Positions 11,559-47,000 of a DNA stretch of 64,000 nt are shown piece by piece. The notes beneath the pieces were generated by a model, which did no database searches, was not told the DNA's origin, and saw only the letters and a list, made by a program, of their open reading frames with translations. This DNA is from Lingula anatina (lineage: Eukaryota; Animalia; Brachiopoda): the NCBI GenBank assembly GCA_051362555.1, contig CM120642.1, positions 10,230,001 through 10,294,000 of the forward strand, given 5' to 3'. The first letter of the stretch is position 1. The number at the start of each line of letters is the position of its first letter. A program made the position numbers and the translations under genes.

Positions 11559-13155
11559 CAGGGCTAGACACTAACTTTTATGAGCACCTGTCCTGCGGCC
11601 AGGTGGTCACAAATTTGACCTGTCCGATTTTCAAACCAACCTGTCCAACAAAACCAATATTTTTTTTTTCTATTCATACCCAAAACTTTGTAAATTAATA
11701 TGTGTAGTCATACATTTAATGTATTTATTACCAAAATACTCAATCAAATGAGCTGGGAAAATGCACCTTAAAGTGAATTTATTTTCAGGTAAAAAGTTGT
11801 TTTTTCATACTTGTGAACTCCTGAAGATTAAATCTTGCATATAAGGCTGTATTCCCAGAGCTTTTAGATCGATCTGTCCCCGCGGGGAGTCTCACTAGAT
11901 TACTGTCAGATAATCCGGCTTAAATGTCCGTCCCACCTACTACAAGCTGTAAGGGGGTAATTAACTTTCGTGTCCGCTCGGCTGACAGCTATTCTGCGTG
12001 AACCCCCAGGGAGTTAGGTTGATCTAAAGTAGATCGATCTAATCTCTGGAAATGGGGTCTAAGTCTGATTTAAAATAGTTCCAATCAGGGCTTCTCCTAG
12101 GATTTGGGGTACAGGGTCTACTAATTGTAAATATGCAATTTGATAACAGATTACATGAAGTTTAACCACAGCTTAAAAAAAAAAAGAAAAAAAAATACCC
12201 TGAGCGGGAAGTGGGGAGGGGGTACTGTTAAATTAATTTTATTAAAATATTCAAAATTAATAATATTTGAATATAGTTCAATGAAAAGTTCAATAATATT
12301 CATTTTATAATACTTATATCTATGTTAACAATTTAACTTCTTTTTCGGGTTATCATGTGTTTGATTTTTTTTAATATATGAATTAAATAAAATCAGTATA
12401 AAATGTTCCCCTTCTTTTTATTAAAATTCTCATATTTTTTATTACTAATTTCTTCCTTACATCAATATCATACTGGTATATGACAGCAATGTTAATTTAT
12501 CATATTCCAGCTGAGCACTATTTTTTAACTGTAAATAACAAAGGTGATACTAGAATCATTAAAGAAAACACCATACAAAATTTCAGGTTATATTTTGGCA
12601 AATAAACAACATTTCAACAAGATCTTCAGTCCAAAAGATTTCACTTTCTATAGTGAGTAGATAGCATACAACGTATTTGATTGACAGGCAGTATGTTGCC
12701 TTGACAACGAACTAGATATAGCCAGTTCATCCAGTTCAATCTGGCTTTGTACCCAGGCAGCACAGTAGTTGTGTAGTTTCTGTTTTTGGAACGGTCTTTA
12801 CTACTAGAGCACGTAGATTTTGAACTAAATAAATATAAAGAAAAGAACCTGATATGTGAATAAATTTTGTCTGATGAAGTTCTGGAGGGTGTTCTCTTTC
12901 ATAATTTGGCGGTAAGTTTACTCAGACTTCGTTTTGCGACTGCATGTGTTTTGTGCCAAAAGTAGGTCACTCTTTTCAATGCCGTCTAGGAAGGGAATAA
13001 AAGACGTTAGTATGCAACAAAATATTTTTTTTTAAAGATTTTTGCTCCAAATTTCTCACAAAACATGACCTGTCCGTCGGACAACCAACCCTGCAACTTC
13101 ACCTGTCCGAACTGATTTTTTACCTGTCCCGGACAGGCGCTAATGTCGAGCCCAG
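11559..13155. mobile_element. hAT-like non-autonomous element (C(A/T)GGGCT(A/C)GACA(C/T)TA TIRs, cctgtcc subterminal repeats)
   Basis: cagggctagacactaac at 11559 and taatgtcgagcccag ending at 13155. Repeated acctgtcc motifs near both ends. TSD not resolved. Confidence 0.6.
11845..12059. mobile_element. Small Harbinger-like MITE (TAA TSD) nested in the hAT-like element
   Basis: taa|ggctgtattcccagagcttttagatcgatct ... agatcgatctaatctctggaaatggggtc|taa, imperfect TIRs. Confidence 0.45.
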
Positions 13156-15905
13156 TGTAAAGGGGGTTTACGGACGATCCATTTACCCTTTTCATTTAAT
13201 TCTTGCACCCTCAAAAGATTGTCGGTCCTAAGATCTACCGAGTGAGCCACAAATTCAGACAGTTCTTCTTTATTTAAACCACTCCAAGTCAGTTGTACTA
13301 ATAAAGAAGCGTGCCGTAATATGTACAGTGCGATGATAGTTATGTAGTTACGTAACGGCCTAGGAGAGCTTAATTTGATAAAAAAGACCTTTAGTTTAAA
13401 AATATGAACTTACTGAATATATAGACATCTGAGATATAACATTAGTTTCAGTTTAGTCTGCCCTTCACAGCACAACCGAGGACGCGGAATTTGGTCCGCC
13501 CTTTACAGCACAACCGAGGACGCGTGTGTATAGCCCGATTTCAGACAAAAAGTTGGACAGTATTTCTGATACACTCGTGGCGGGAATTTGGCCCGCGCTA
13601 TACAGCATAACCGAGGACTGGCTCAGAATAGCGTCAAATTTCACCACCTAACTTGAAATGGGCCCCTTTATGCATTCCACTGCTTATGTCAACCGAGGAC
13701 GTCCTCGGTTGGAGGTGTGTCCTCGGTTAGTGGGTTTCGGGCGGGTGTGTGTCCTCGGTTAGAATGCGTGCACAAGAGCACACACACACACACACACACA
13801 CACACGCAACCACATACGCACCATCACATGGACTGTATGTTGTATCGAAAATAGGAACGAGAAAGAACAACTGCAAAATAGTCACTAATGGTCAAAATAT
13901 TTCAGTCTACCAAATAAATAGTTCATAAAACTTGAATATATAATTCTTCTCCTAATTTCTATTAAGAATCATTATCATTATGGTAATTATATGTGTTCTG
14001 TACACGTTAACGACTTCTATGACTACTTCTTGAACAATATTTTTATCCTGAAATAAAATGATAGATAAACCGATACTTCGAGTGTCTTTGTTCCAAAGGC
14101 TTGTCATGAAATTGATTGATGAAATAATATTAACTACCAAGTCTGACAAATAAAAACTAATAAATAAGGTGTGATTTATGGCTGGAACGTAAATATCACA
14201 ACCGAATTTCATGTATTTGCTTCGAGGAACGAGTGACTGGAGGTAATTGTGTTAGGAGTAAGCATTATGTTTTTCATTTTGAACGATAAAGGTTGGTCTC
14301 TTGTTTGTGTCGACTGTTCCTTTTTGTTTATTCATTTCTTTCTTGAAAGGGGGCTGGTACATTTTGTTGATCTCTCTCTCTCTATATATATATATATGTA
14401 TATATGTGTGTGTGTGTGTGTTTGGTAATAGCTTGTTGATGGCATATACCTATCTATGAACGTTACCTTTTACTAATACAAAATCTAGTCTTATTCTTGG
14501 GTCTATTTCCATGAGCATAATCAGTCAAAAACAATTTGATTTCCCCATATCATAAACCAAGGGAAGACTAATTTTAAGGTTGGACTTTTAACCATCTTTC
14601 ATTATTTATTGTTCTTGGGTTTTATTTAACGTTTGTGTGTTTGCATGGTTATTTGCCATTCACAGAGGTTGAGTTATAACGATTCAATTACAAAATTTAC
14701 AAAATTGCAACTGTCAAGTTTTGTCACAACGTAAGACTTTCTTGCCCATGTGCACGAGAGATATTTCGATGAGCTCAACATAAACAGCGTTCTGTCAAGT
14801 TCTTTTTTTTTTGTTTGTTTGAATGAAGTATCTGGGCGTTGGCCACGGTAATTCAATCATGATGATTGTTCTGAATACAACCTTACTACAACCCGGAGCA
14901 TCTTATCTGACATTTTCGCTTTTGTCACAAACCAAAGACGGACAGCTGAGCCCTGGGTCAAATTTTCTAAAGTAGCGAATGGAGCTGTAATTGTGTCCAC
15001 ATCTTTTTTGTATTCCCTCATCTCTGCAACACCCATGAGTTCATGTTTTTATGTCTGCGGCATTCCAAAGGCTTCATTAAAATAAAACTTCGAGCCATCC
15101 TACATATACAGGTAACACTACATGTCGCTAATGAAAACGAGCATTTTACAAGGCCTATTCCGTTGGATCGAATATAACCTAATCGCCAAGAAGGTTTCGT
15201 AAACAAATCATTTCAGTACTGTAAACGATTTACCATCAAAAAAATCAATTTTCGTGGAAAAAGGGAATTTTCTCCGTATCACGAATTCTTTCTCTACTCG
15301 TCTATGCACTTAGATTCGGTGTTTTATTTCATTTTTAATTCAATGTTTTAGTTCTAAATGACTGTCCAGTCAGTTTTAAAAAAGTTTTTAAGGTATAAAT
15401 CATAAAGGATAAGTAGCTTTGCAGGATGGATAGAATATGTAAAAAATATAAGTTCCAGTAATTTTCAAACGCGTTCTGTGTACACGTAGCTCACTTGTTC
15501 GCACAAAATTCAGAGATTGTCAAACACAGTTAGTTTTAAGAACGTACGTTCGGGGGAGTGTAAATCGTTGTAATCCTATGCCATTTAGGCCAACAGGATA
15601 TAATTTTTTGCGTCATATGATTGTGAGTCGATCATGATCTATCTCACTTTGTTTACTTCAAATTTTCTGCAAACAAATTAGTCATGATTTATCTACAAAA
15701 ATACCGATAACAAAGACAAAATTCACACTAGCTATTTCGACGCAAACTACTGTTCTAACGCGGATATCTTTTCAAATGCGAACGGACTGATTATTTGTCG
15801 GACCATAGTTTTCTTGCTTGTGTGAATGGGGCTAATGTCACCTTCAGATATCCTTGTCTGTGTAGTGAATCACTTCATTAGAAATTCACGACAACCCAGT
15901 TCAAT

Positions 15906-16738
15906 TTGCAAATTTAAGCAATCACCTTCGTCTTGGCAAGTTTAAACTGTTTTATGATGGATGGAAAGGAATGTCAGTGTCCCATGCCAACCTGTCACGT
16001 CACCTATCCAGGTAGGACAATCTCTCTCTCTCTCACACACACACACACACGCACATATACACACTGCGCGCTCAGCGGGTATGCCGGGTACGTACTCTAA
16101 AATAGGGGCCAGCCTAGGGATGGAGGTAATTCCATACATAAATTCTCGTTCACAGTACAGAAAAGTGGATAGAATTAACAAGAGACTAATTTGTGAATCT
16201 GTAGGCCTAGTGAAAAATTTATCTTTGGCACTGGCAGAGGAAACGCTGAGTGCAGTTGTGAGTAATACCAGTACCAGGCTAGATCTACTCCTCAGTATAC
16301 TAGCTGAAGGATACGGGTAAGAAGGTTTTACTATTTTCAGGTAAATCTAAAACCAAAGTCGCATTCTCAGCCATGTGTACTACAAATCTGATGAACGGCA
16401 ACGCCGCTGCTGATCTTACATTTCAAAAGACCCTGACAAATCTTGGACGAGGCTTCGATGACGTCTCCTCATTCCATGCACCGGTCGACGGAACCTACTT
16501 CTTCACTTTCGCTATTCACACCGGTGACAGAAATGCAAGAGTGTACCTGCGCACCAACGCCGGCTACGTGAATGAAGCCTTTGGGACCCCGGGCGGTCAG
16601 ACCTCGACCAACCAGGCCATACTTCGTCTACAGAAGGGAGACAGGGTGTGGCTCCAACAGCAACCGAATGGAGCTACGGTTAGCGATGCAGAGCACATTC
16701 ATGTCTCCTTTAATGGATTCCTTTTGTATGAAGATTAA
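15906..16738 (+). pseudogene. C1qDC copy 2: exon 1 (15906-16011) disabled, exon 2 (16341-16738) intact; possible pseudogene or signal-less isoform from ATG 15954
   Basis: Aligned to copy 1, ATG has become TTG (15906) and codon 4 TTA has become TAA (15915). The TATA box reads tgtagtgaat. Splice sites are retained and exon 2 is ~96% identical to copy 1 with no disruption. Confidence 0.8.
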
Positions 16739-18720
16739 AGAACACACAGACAAGCAGAAGATCGTGTGCTCATTTGCAAGCACCCTAACACGCGCGCGCA
16801 CACACATATAAACATACGCAAACACATATGCACAAACACATGCACTGTATTTTGTCATAATATAGGAACGAAAAAGAACAACTGCAAAATAATTACTAGT
16901 CACCAAAAAACTATTTCATAAAACTCGGATTATTATTCAACAACCTAAAGCATATCAAGAATGCATTACAATTTTTATGATGGTTATCATGCGTTCTTTA
17001 CGCGTTGACTATTTCTTGAGCAATATTTTTGACTACTTCTGACTACTTCTTGAACAATATTATTATCCTCAAATAAAATGATACATAAAATGGTACTTCG
17101 AGTGTCCTTGTTCTTAAGGCTTGTCAAAAAATTGTTGATTTATGAAAAAGTACCACTTACCAAGCCCAGCGTAATAAATAAGATGTGTCTGAGGCTTGAA
17201 GCGCAAATAGCACAACTGAGCTACATGTATTTGCTGCGATGTAAGTGTAACTGGAGCAGAGTGCGGTAGGTGTGCCCATTGTGTTTTTTATTTCAAACGA
17301 AACGAGTTTGCCTCATCCGAATGTCTTCAAGATTTTTTGCCATTCACTGAAAAGCGCTGTACTTACTGAAACAGAAATAGATCCACTGTAGATATTTGTT
17401 GCCAATAACTTATCTATATTTTTTCAAAACTAGAAACAAAGAACAATTTTTTACTGAATCTTAAATGCCAAAATGGTAAAATAAAGAGATTACAAGGTAT
17501 TCTCAGAACTCCTATTTTTCAGTAAAAAGTATTTTACTGCTGATAAAAATCAACAAAATAAATGCTTTACTGGTTACAAAAGACGTGACACTAAGTTGGA
17601 TTATTACTTCCTGTTTTTATTAAATATATATTTCAGATTGGTGATGTGGTTTAAATAATCGCAGTGTTAAAATATTATAGCAAGACACGTAGCCTGCTCG
17701 CTGCACCATTTGTATTAAAGATCAGGCGCCTCTCCCCCCCATTACCATCCCACCCCTACCCCCACCCTTACCACCATCACCGACAGCATTCTATCAAAGT
17801 ACATGTACACTTTGTCTTTACCGAACTGTTTCCCAGGTAACTTCATGGTCTGAATTTTTGTCTGAACAACACATCAGTTAAACTATAATCTATCTGTGAG
17901 TATTTATCAAATCGCTAAACTAATAAAGATTAATAAATAAGACCCAACACAGGGGATCCTTGGGGACCATCTTTTGAAGACCTTAGAAATTTTCTCGATT
18001 TGGCTCACTAACTTAGGAACTCGAGTCCTTGCTGTTCCCGTCTAATGCCCGTCTAATGAAAAAGAAAGGTTAACACATTTCCAAATAATGACGACTACAT
18101 GTATTCGACAGAAACTGTATCGTGTTTCATGTAAATTTGTCCATACAGAATTAGCTCACAAGACATTTTAATCTAAAATCACATTGTCAATTAGATGCCA
18201 TTTTATTTCTAATAATTATGGTATATACATTTAAAATCAAAACTAATGAAAGTTATACTGTTTAGAAAACATAAATATAAAATGTTGATCAATTTAAACT
18301 TTTCAAAAAATGGTTTGCATGCAAGAATAAGATGTAAACAGCACTAGAACTATAATTAGCTTTTCATGCAAATCAGACTTTCAATTTTAAATGTGTTATT
18401 TTTATAAAATTAAAACAATTTGTATGTTGATACCCATACCCCAATTTAAAGACATAGACCTGCATTACCAGTCTCTAGACCCATCATATAGGTATCAGTA
18501 GGCCATCTTAGTAACGGACTAGTCTGTAACTAGGATCTAGAATCTAATGCAAACTGACTGATACATGTAATCAGAGTTAATTGAACCACAGTTTGTTTGC
18601 CTGTGTGAAAGGGGCTATTGTCACCATCAAATATCCTTGCCTGTACAATATAAACCACTTCGTTAAAAGTTCACGACAACACTGTTCAATTCGTTTACAG
18701 ACCTTTACAAGCGCTGCACT

Positions 18721-18832
18721 ATGCAACTTTTAGCAATCACCTTCGTCTTGGCAAGTTTTAACATCCTTATTATAGATGCAGATGAATGTCAGTGTCCCAC
18801 GCCTACCTGTCACATCACCTATCCAGGTAAGA

Positions 18833-18867
<35 letters not shown>

Positions 18868-19466
18868 TCGCGCGCATATACTCAATTTTAGAGGCCGGCG
18901 GAGGGATAACTCACAGTACAGAAAAGTGCAAAGAATAACAAGAATTATGTCACTGAATATCTAACGTTGAGTATAGTTATGAACATAACTAGCACCAGGC
19001 TAGATCTAACCGACAGTTCTACAAGGCGTATGCTACATGTACTAGCAAGTAAGTTTTACTATTTTCAGGAAAATCTAAAACCAAAGTCGCATTCTCAGCC
19101 ATGTGTACTTCAGATCTGATAAACGGCAACGCCGCTGTTGATCTTACATTTCAAAAGACCCTGACAAATCTTGGACGAGGCTTCGATGACGTCTCCTCAT
19201 TCCGCGCTCCGGTCGACGGAACCTACTTCTTCACTTTCACTATTCACACCGGTGTCAGGACTGCAAGAGTGTACCTGCGCACCAACGCCGGCTACGTGAA
19301 TGAAGCGTACGGGACCCCGGGCGGTCAGACCTCGACCAACCAGGCCATACTTCGTCTACAGAAGGGAGACAGGGTGTGGCTCCAACAGCAACCAAATGGA
19401 TCTACGGTTAGCGGTGTAGGGCACATTCATGTTTCGTTTAACGGATTCCTTTTGTATGAAGATTAA
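18721..19466 (+). CDS. Secreted globular C1q-domain-containing protein, copy 3 (exons 18721-18826, 19069-19466; 167 aa)
   Basis: MQLLAITFVLASFNILIIDADECQCPTPTCHITYP, G|gtaag donor, ttttcag acceptor, intact gC1q domain, TATAAA at 18649. Confidence 0.92.
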
Positions 19467-21427
19467 AGAGCACATAAACTATCAGAAAATCGCGTTCTCA
19501 TTTGCAAGCACTGTACAAACGCACCATGCACACACGCACACACACACTCATCCACACACGCACAAATACATGTAGTGTATTTTGTAACGAAAATAGGAAC
19601 GAGAAAGAACAGCTGCAAAATGGCCACTAAATGGTCAAAATGTTTCCTTCTACCAAATAACTATTTCATAAAACCGGGATATACTATTCTACTTCCGAAA
19701 AATTATTAAGAATGCATTACCATTATTTTAATGGTTTGCATGTACTCTTTGCACTACTGTGACTATTTGAACAATATTTTTATCCTCAATAAAATGATAC
19801 ATAAAACGATACTAGTGTTTTTGTTCCTAAGACTTTGCAATAAATTGATGTTTAATGAAATAATATAATCTACCAAGTCGAGTGTAACAAATAAGATGTG
19901 TTTGAATCTTGTAGCGCAAATATCACATCCGAACTATATATATTTGCTGCAATGTACGAGTGACTGGAGCAGATTGCGATAGGTGTGCTCATTGTGTTTT
20001 TCATTTCAAACGAAACGGGTTTGCCTCCTCCCAGTGTGTCGACAATTTCGTTCCTATTTCTTTATTTCTTCCTTGCTTTATTTAAATTTTTGTGCATCAT
20101 TTTCTACCTAAATAATGTAACAGCTTGTTGGTGGTGTAAACCTATGTATGAATGTGACATTCATATGTATTTTTTACTAATACAAAACCTTGTCTTATTG
20201 CAGGTCTTTTTCCATGAGCATTGTCAGGCAAATCATTTAGATTTGTCCATATCATTAACCAAGGCCAGGCTAATATAAGGGTGATCTATTCATCGTCATT
20301 CACTAATTATTGTTTTTGAAGTTTTATATCACGTTTGTTTGTTTTCAAGGTTATTTGCCATTCACAGAGCCTGTGTTATAAACATAAAAAAATATGCCGC
20401 CGCTGAAAAGCGCTGTATTTAGGCCTACTGAAACAGAAATTGATCCAATATAGATATTTGTTGTCAAAACTAGAAACAAAGAAAAATATTTTACTGAAAC
20501 TTAAATGCCAAAATGGTAAAATCAAGAGATTGCAAAGTATTCTGAGAACTCCTAGGGGAAAAAGGGGGAAAACGTTTTTTTTTCAGTATTAAGTATTTTA
20601 CTTCTGATAAAAAACAACAAAATAAATGCTTCCGATATACAGATTACAAAAGACGTGACAGTGAGTTGGACTATTTCATTTGCTTTATCTCTATTAGAGC
20701 TGAGTTGAGTCTATGTGCAATCTCAGCGCTGTAAGAGGCATTAACTCAAGCAGACGATCTTATACTATAATATTTTATAACACTTCTCAAACAAATGTTA
20801 CGTAAATAATCTATCTACTCTATAAATATACAATGGTAAGAGCATCTGAAAAATCAGACAGTCGTTGGTTTCATGAAACATTTTTCTTTGTGCTTTGATG
20901 ATGTGAGCAAAGTTTCCACCAAACGAAAGTTTGGCCGGACCGTAAGAAACATCCATTTCAGAGTTTTTTCTATCCTCATATTAAAATTCGTAAAATACGC
21001 CAGAGTTGGATTATCAAAACTCTCTTCACCATTCCAGTCATACCTGTAAGACCCTTTCACTTAAGTGTACCGCTCGATGTACAAAGGGCCATAGTCTCCT
21101 CCAAGGATAACATAGAATTAGCCACATTCCTTTGAAAAGACCAATCCTCGTCCCTATTTAAGGAGTTCAGATCAATATTTTTGTAACAATTTCTCTTTCC
21201 ACACATTTTTGATCTTACGATTATCTTGCAGCAATTAATGCCAAGTTAAGGCTTTTAACTCAACAGAAATTTCAGTCATTAACGAAACTAAGTGCATAAT
21301 TGAAAATATACGCGGCAGATTTGGTACATGTAACAGTCTTCCTGTTTAAAGAAGCCTCTCCAAATTCACATCGAATTCTCGATCACCAATAATAGTCTTT
21401 TTCTTGAGCGTCCCACTTCACGCGTAA

Positions 21428-43256
<21,829 letters not shown>

Positions 43257-44074
43257 GGTCTATAGTCTAATACACGTAGAACCCTTTCCTGTGTATAAAC
43301 CTTGTGCAATAACTAAAGCCGTCGGATGTTGGATGATCTGTGAGGTTCTCTCTGACGGTAAACTTCCCCTTACTTCAGTTTCAGAGTTGCTATGATGACT
43401 GACTGCGTTCTACTCCTTTGCTTTCCTAGTTTAGTGCGTGAGCTGAACTGCAATGCGCCGCCTGTGGCGTTGGTTGCCGCTCCGTCCAACAAGGCCCCAA
43501 CGATTTATCACTCATCCAAAAAGGATGTCGTCTTTCCTCTTAGCCAGACCGCTGGAAGAACTGCTTTAGTCTGCGCCGACTTGTTGCGCCTCGTGTGTAA
43601 TCTGGGCGCCCCTAGGGAGTATGGGACGGTAATTAAACTGGGGAAAGTTGATCCCTCTTCGCCCTAAAGTGCTCGCTAAGCCTCGGCTTTAGCACGTGCG
43701 TAGAACAGCATTAGTACAGTGTTCCATTCATAGGCAAGAGGCGTTGCTTTTTATCTGATTTTTACGACGACTGTTTTACTCCTCAAGTCCACGATTTAGT
43801 GTCTTTGAAACTTGGGCCAGGCCTTTGATGTGATCTTGCTGGTGAAATAAGCATGAAAGCTATGTGACGTCACTTCCAATGAAAAATTACCGCATCGTGG
43901 TTTATTGTTTTTCTAACGAAGGTAATCTGAAACTGCTTGTATACAGAGCAGGCCAACATTTTGGTAGCGGGGTTGATTTATTACCAGTATATTCGTGTAA
44001 TTTGTGTTGCTGTTCAAGGGATATGGGGGAAACATGTATCGTAACGTAAACGGTTGTTTTTCGGGAGCTTCGAT

Positions 44075-44085
44075 TAATCCGATTA
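44075..44085. promoter_or_regulatory. P3 palindrome TAATCCGATTA upstream of Prrx
   Basis: Matches TAATYNRATTA, with neighbouring GATTA repeats at 44072-44103, about 820 bp upstream of the ATG. Confidence 0.35.
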
Positions 44086-47000
44086 AACGGATTTGGCCGA
44101 TTAGCTTATAATTGTAGGGCACGCTCACTTTGATGTGCAATCAATCATAATATTTTATCAGCCTGCTCTCTCTCTCTCTCTCTCTCTTCACTGGATGATA
44201 CAATTACTTTAACTATTTCTTCTATTTATTTTAACAAGGAATAACATTTATTCAACATAAACTATTAACCATACTTAAAAGGAATTTGCAAAAAGTGAAG
44301 CACTCTCACATTTGCTCTCTAATGTCTTTTTTTACCGCTCCATTATTGTTTTCCAACAAAATCTGCATCTCTTGCACACAAATGATTGGTTATTTTACGT
44401 AATGTTTCGAGAAAAAAAGCATCCATACTCTTACATTGTTCCCGTTATTTTCATTGCATGTTCGGAAAAAATGGACGAGCTTTGCGAGACGCTACTAGCC
44501 CTCAGAGCCGAAGTTAAAAAACTACCCGTCATGCCGACGTCTTGCTCTTCATGGCACATTCATCAGTGCCAGAGGTGGGGGTGCTATGGAAATCCGGGGA
44601 TTAACGAGAGGGGCGGGGCCTCTGTCAGTCCAGGGGGCGTGGCCTCTGTCATGACTGGGATCGAAATTTGATTGGTCACTACTAGTCATTTTTCATTTTC
44701 ATCTGAAATAGGCCTTCGGATCCTTTTCGAAAATCTATGTTGTACATGGTTTTAATTGCTTTGGGATGTATTTTTTCAAAAATGTGCACAAAAGATTGCA
44801 GAGTTTTCGATATTATTTCATTCATTCATTCAAGCATTTTCCTGTCTATCTATCTATCTATCTATCTGTTTATTCATTGATTTATTTTTTTTGGAACACA
44901 TTGCACAGATTGTCCATTATGCGTGGACATTGGTGCTATCAGCCAATCAAGATAACCAGTCATTATTAGGTAAGTGGGAAGTTTGAAATGCCATTAATGT
45001 GTATTTTCAGTTAGTTTAATCCAAATGCTCAGGTTGATTTTTGTTTGTGTCATTTGCATTGTAGTTGTCATCAAATATAGAACAAGAAATAAAAGAATAA
45101 TCATGTTTTGCAACGTACTTTGATTTGTTTTATGACTTTCCATCTCATGCTGTGTGAAATACATCGAATGACTGTTCGATATATGTCTGCATATTTTTAC
45201 ATAAAAACTGTTTTCTTGATTTACTGCCAACAAGAAATTTCGTGTTTTTTTATAATTATTTGCTATAAACAATTATTTTTACGTCTTTTAAGACATTTGG
45301 ATCTAAGGGCAAAAAAGTAAAGTTTTTTCTTCCGGTTGCGTTTTTTCGTGGAACTCTTGTTTCAAATAAACACTTCTAAAATATACACAAAAAACATACA
45401 TAAAGCAGGAATAAGTAGAAGAGATAAAGTGAAGAATTAATACTTATGTACATAGAAGCCTAAGTGATAACGCCTCTTTATGCATATTTTCGGGCCAGCA
45501 CTATTTATAGGCGCTTCACTCGTGTGTTTGTTTTTGCAATTAGTCTTTGTTCGTGACCCGTGAGGCCATTCCATTTGAACTCGAGCTTGCGGCAGCTATT
45601 GAAGTTATGGATGTTGTTTCGTTTTTTACTCAAGTTCAGGATTTGGTTCATTACCTTTCCTGCTACCAGCGCCTGGACTCTGTTGAAATATATTTCGAAG
45701 AATTTCAACAGAGGGCCTTTTCGAACGATTTTAGTTACGGCCTGTTTTTCCCGTATTATATGGCGCATCCCCTCCTCTGCCTCTTCGTTTAAACCGCAAA
45801 GGCATAAAATAAACTCGTCAACAGGAAAATGGGATAAGTAAAACTTATTTGTTAAAATCATGTGGATGTAAAGTATGTTCTCTTTCCGTTTTCCTTTACA
45901 TCACTACATCTGTAAAACCGCGACTGGTATCTTCTATTCACCCCGTACACTAGTTTCGCCTTGAGATATGTAAGCATAATCTAGTTCATTGAAAATAGAA
46001 ACATTTCTACGATTTAATTGTTGGTACATATCGTCAGTTTGAAAAAATAAATTGATTAATATATTAATAAATTCATAGATTAATAAATAGATAAATTGCA
46101 TAGACAGACGGATAAGTACATGTATAGGAGCTTCAAATTAAAAATTATTTCATGCCAGCTGGACACACGTAAAAATCTAAGACTTACATATAAAACGAAA
46201 GACAAAAACAACAAGAACACTGGTGTCTTAGTGAAACAAGTGAAGGTTAAAAACAGGAAGACTGATCTAGAGAAGAAAAACGACCGGGGAAATAAGACTA
46301 ACAATAAAAAGAATTACCCTCCGTGGTCGTTTCAGTTTCTGTTTAAGTGTTGCATTTGAAATATCGAATGTGTCGCTTCTAGTGTAGTTATTTTGTTTTT
46401 TTAGAAAAGTAAACAGAAATACAAATATAAAAAAACACGCCATTGCTTTTGGAGATAACTAATATGCATTTTATACACAAAACATTTTGTCGGAAATGCC
46501 CTTAAAACATGTTTATTTTGAGGTAGATTTTAAATTGTTGACTAATAACCTATTGTGGAATGTGGACATCCAAACATCGTTTGTGACCCCACTTGTAACA
46601 ATGTGACCCCAAATATGACTTTGTTTTGGATTTCTCTCAACGGAGAATAAGAAATAAAAAGAATCAAAAATGACACACAAAATGAAATATGCTTCAGTGT
46701 TGGGCATTTTTCTATAGGGCCTATAGATGCCAAAGCACAGTGAGCCTCTTTTTGCTGAAACATAAAAAAGAGACAGACCGCAGCACATGACGTATGACAC
46801 TGAGCGTTGGACGCACTAATTAAAGTTACGGTCTGGGGTTTGAGACCTGTGCAGCACATGGAGCCGACGCCAACGAGTCGGACGCAGACGACAGCGTCTG
46901 AAGGTTTTCGACCAATCGTAGCTGAGAACAGCGGAACTGGGTTACCGAAGGCGAAAATCAAGAAAATCGTATTGAGTGCTTTTTAATTTTTCTTTTATAT

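Larger units (their letters stand above)
11356..13167. mobile_element. PIF/Harbinger-like MITE whose right TIR is split by a nested CAGGGCT-ended element
   Basis: Left taa|ggggccctttacactggacggcgtcc. The right TIR occurs as ggacgccgccc (~11542) and cagtgtaaagggggt|tta (~13153-13170). Confidence 0.55.
8256..13766. mobile_element. ~5.5-kb non-autonomous DNA transposon-like insertion with AACCGAGGAC subterminal repeats, inserted just downstream of C1qDC copy 1
   Basis: Perfect 22-bp inverted pair CATTCTAACCGAGGACACACAC (8415) and its reverse complement ending at 13766. AACCGAGGAC motifs cluster at 8258-8480 and 13475-13760. Sequence after 13770 is homologous to the 3' flanks of copies 2 and 3. 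Left boundary and TSD are unclear. Confidence 0.7.

Noticed and set aside
45505-45861. Three overlapping open frames of 81-118 aa
   Set aside because: No recognisable domain, splice context or TE ends. It could be a decayed fragment but cannot be supported without a search.
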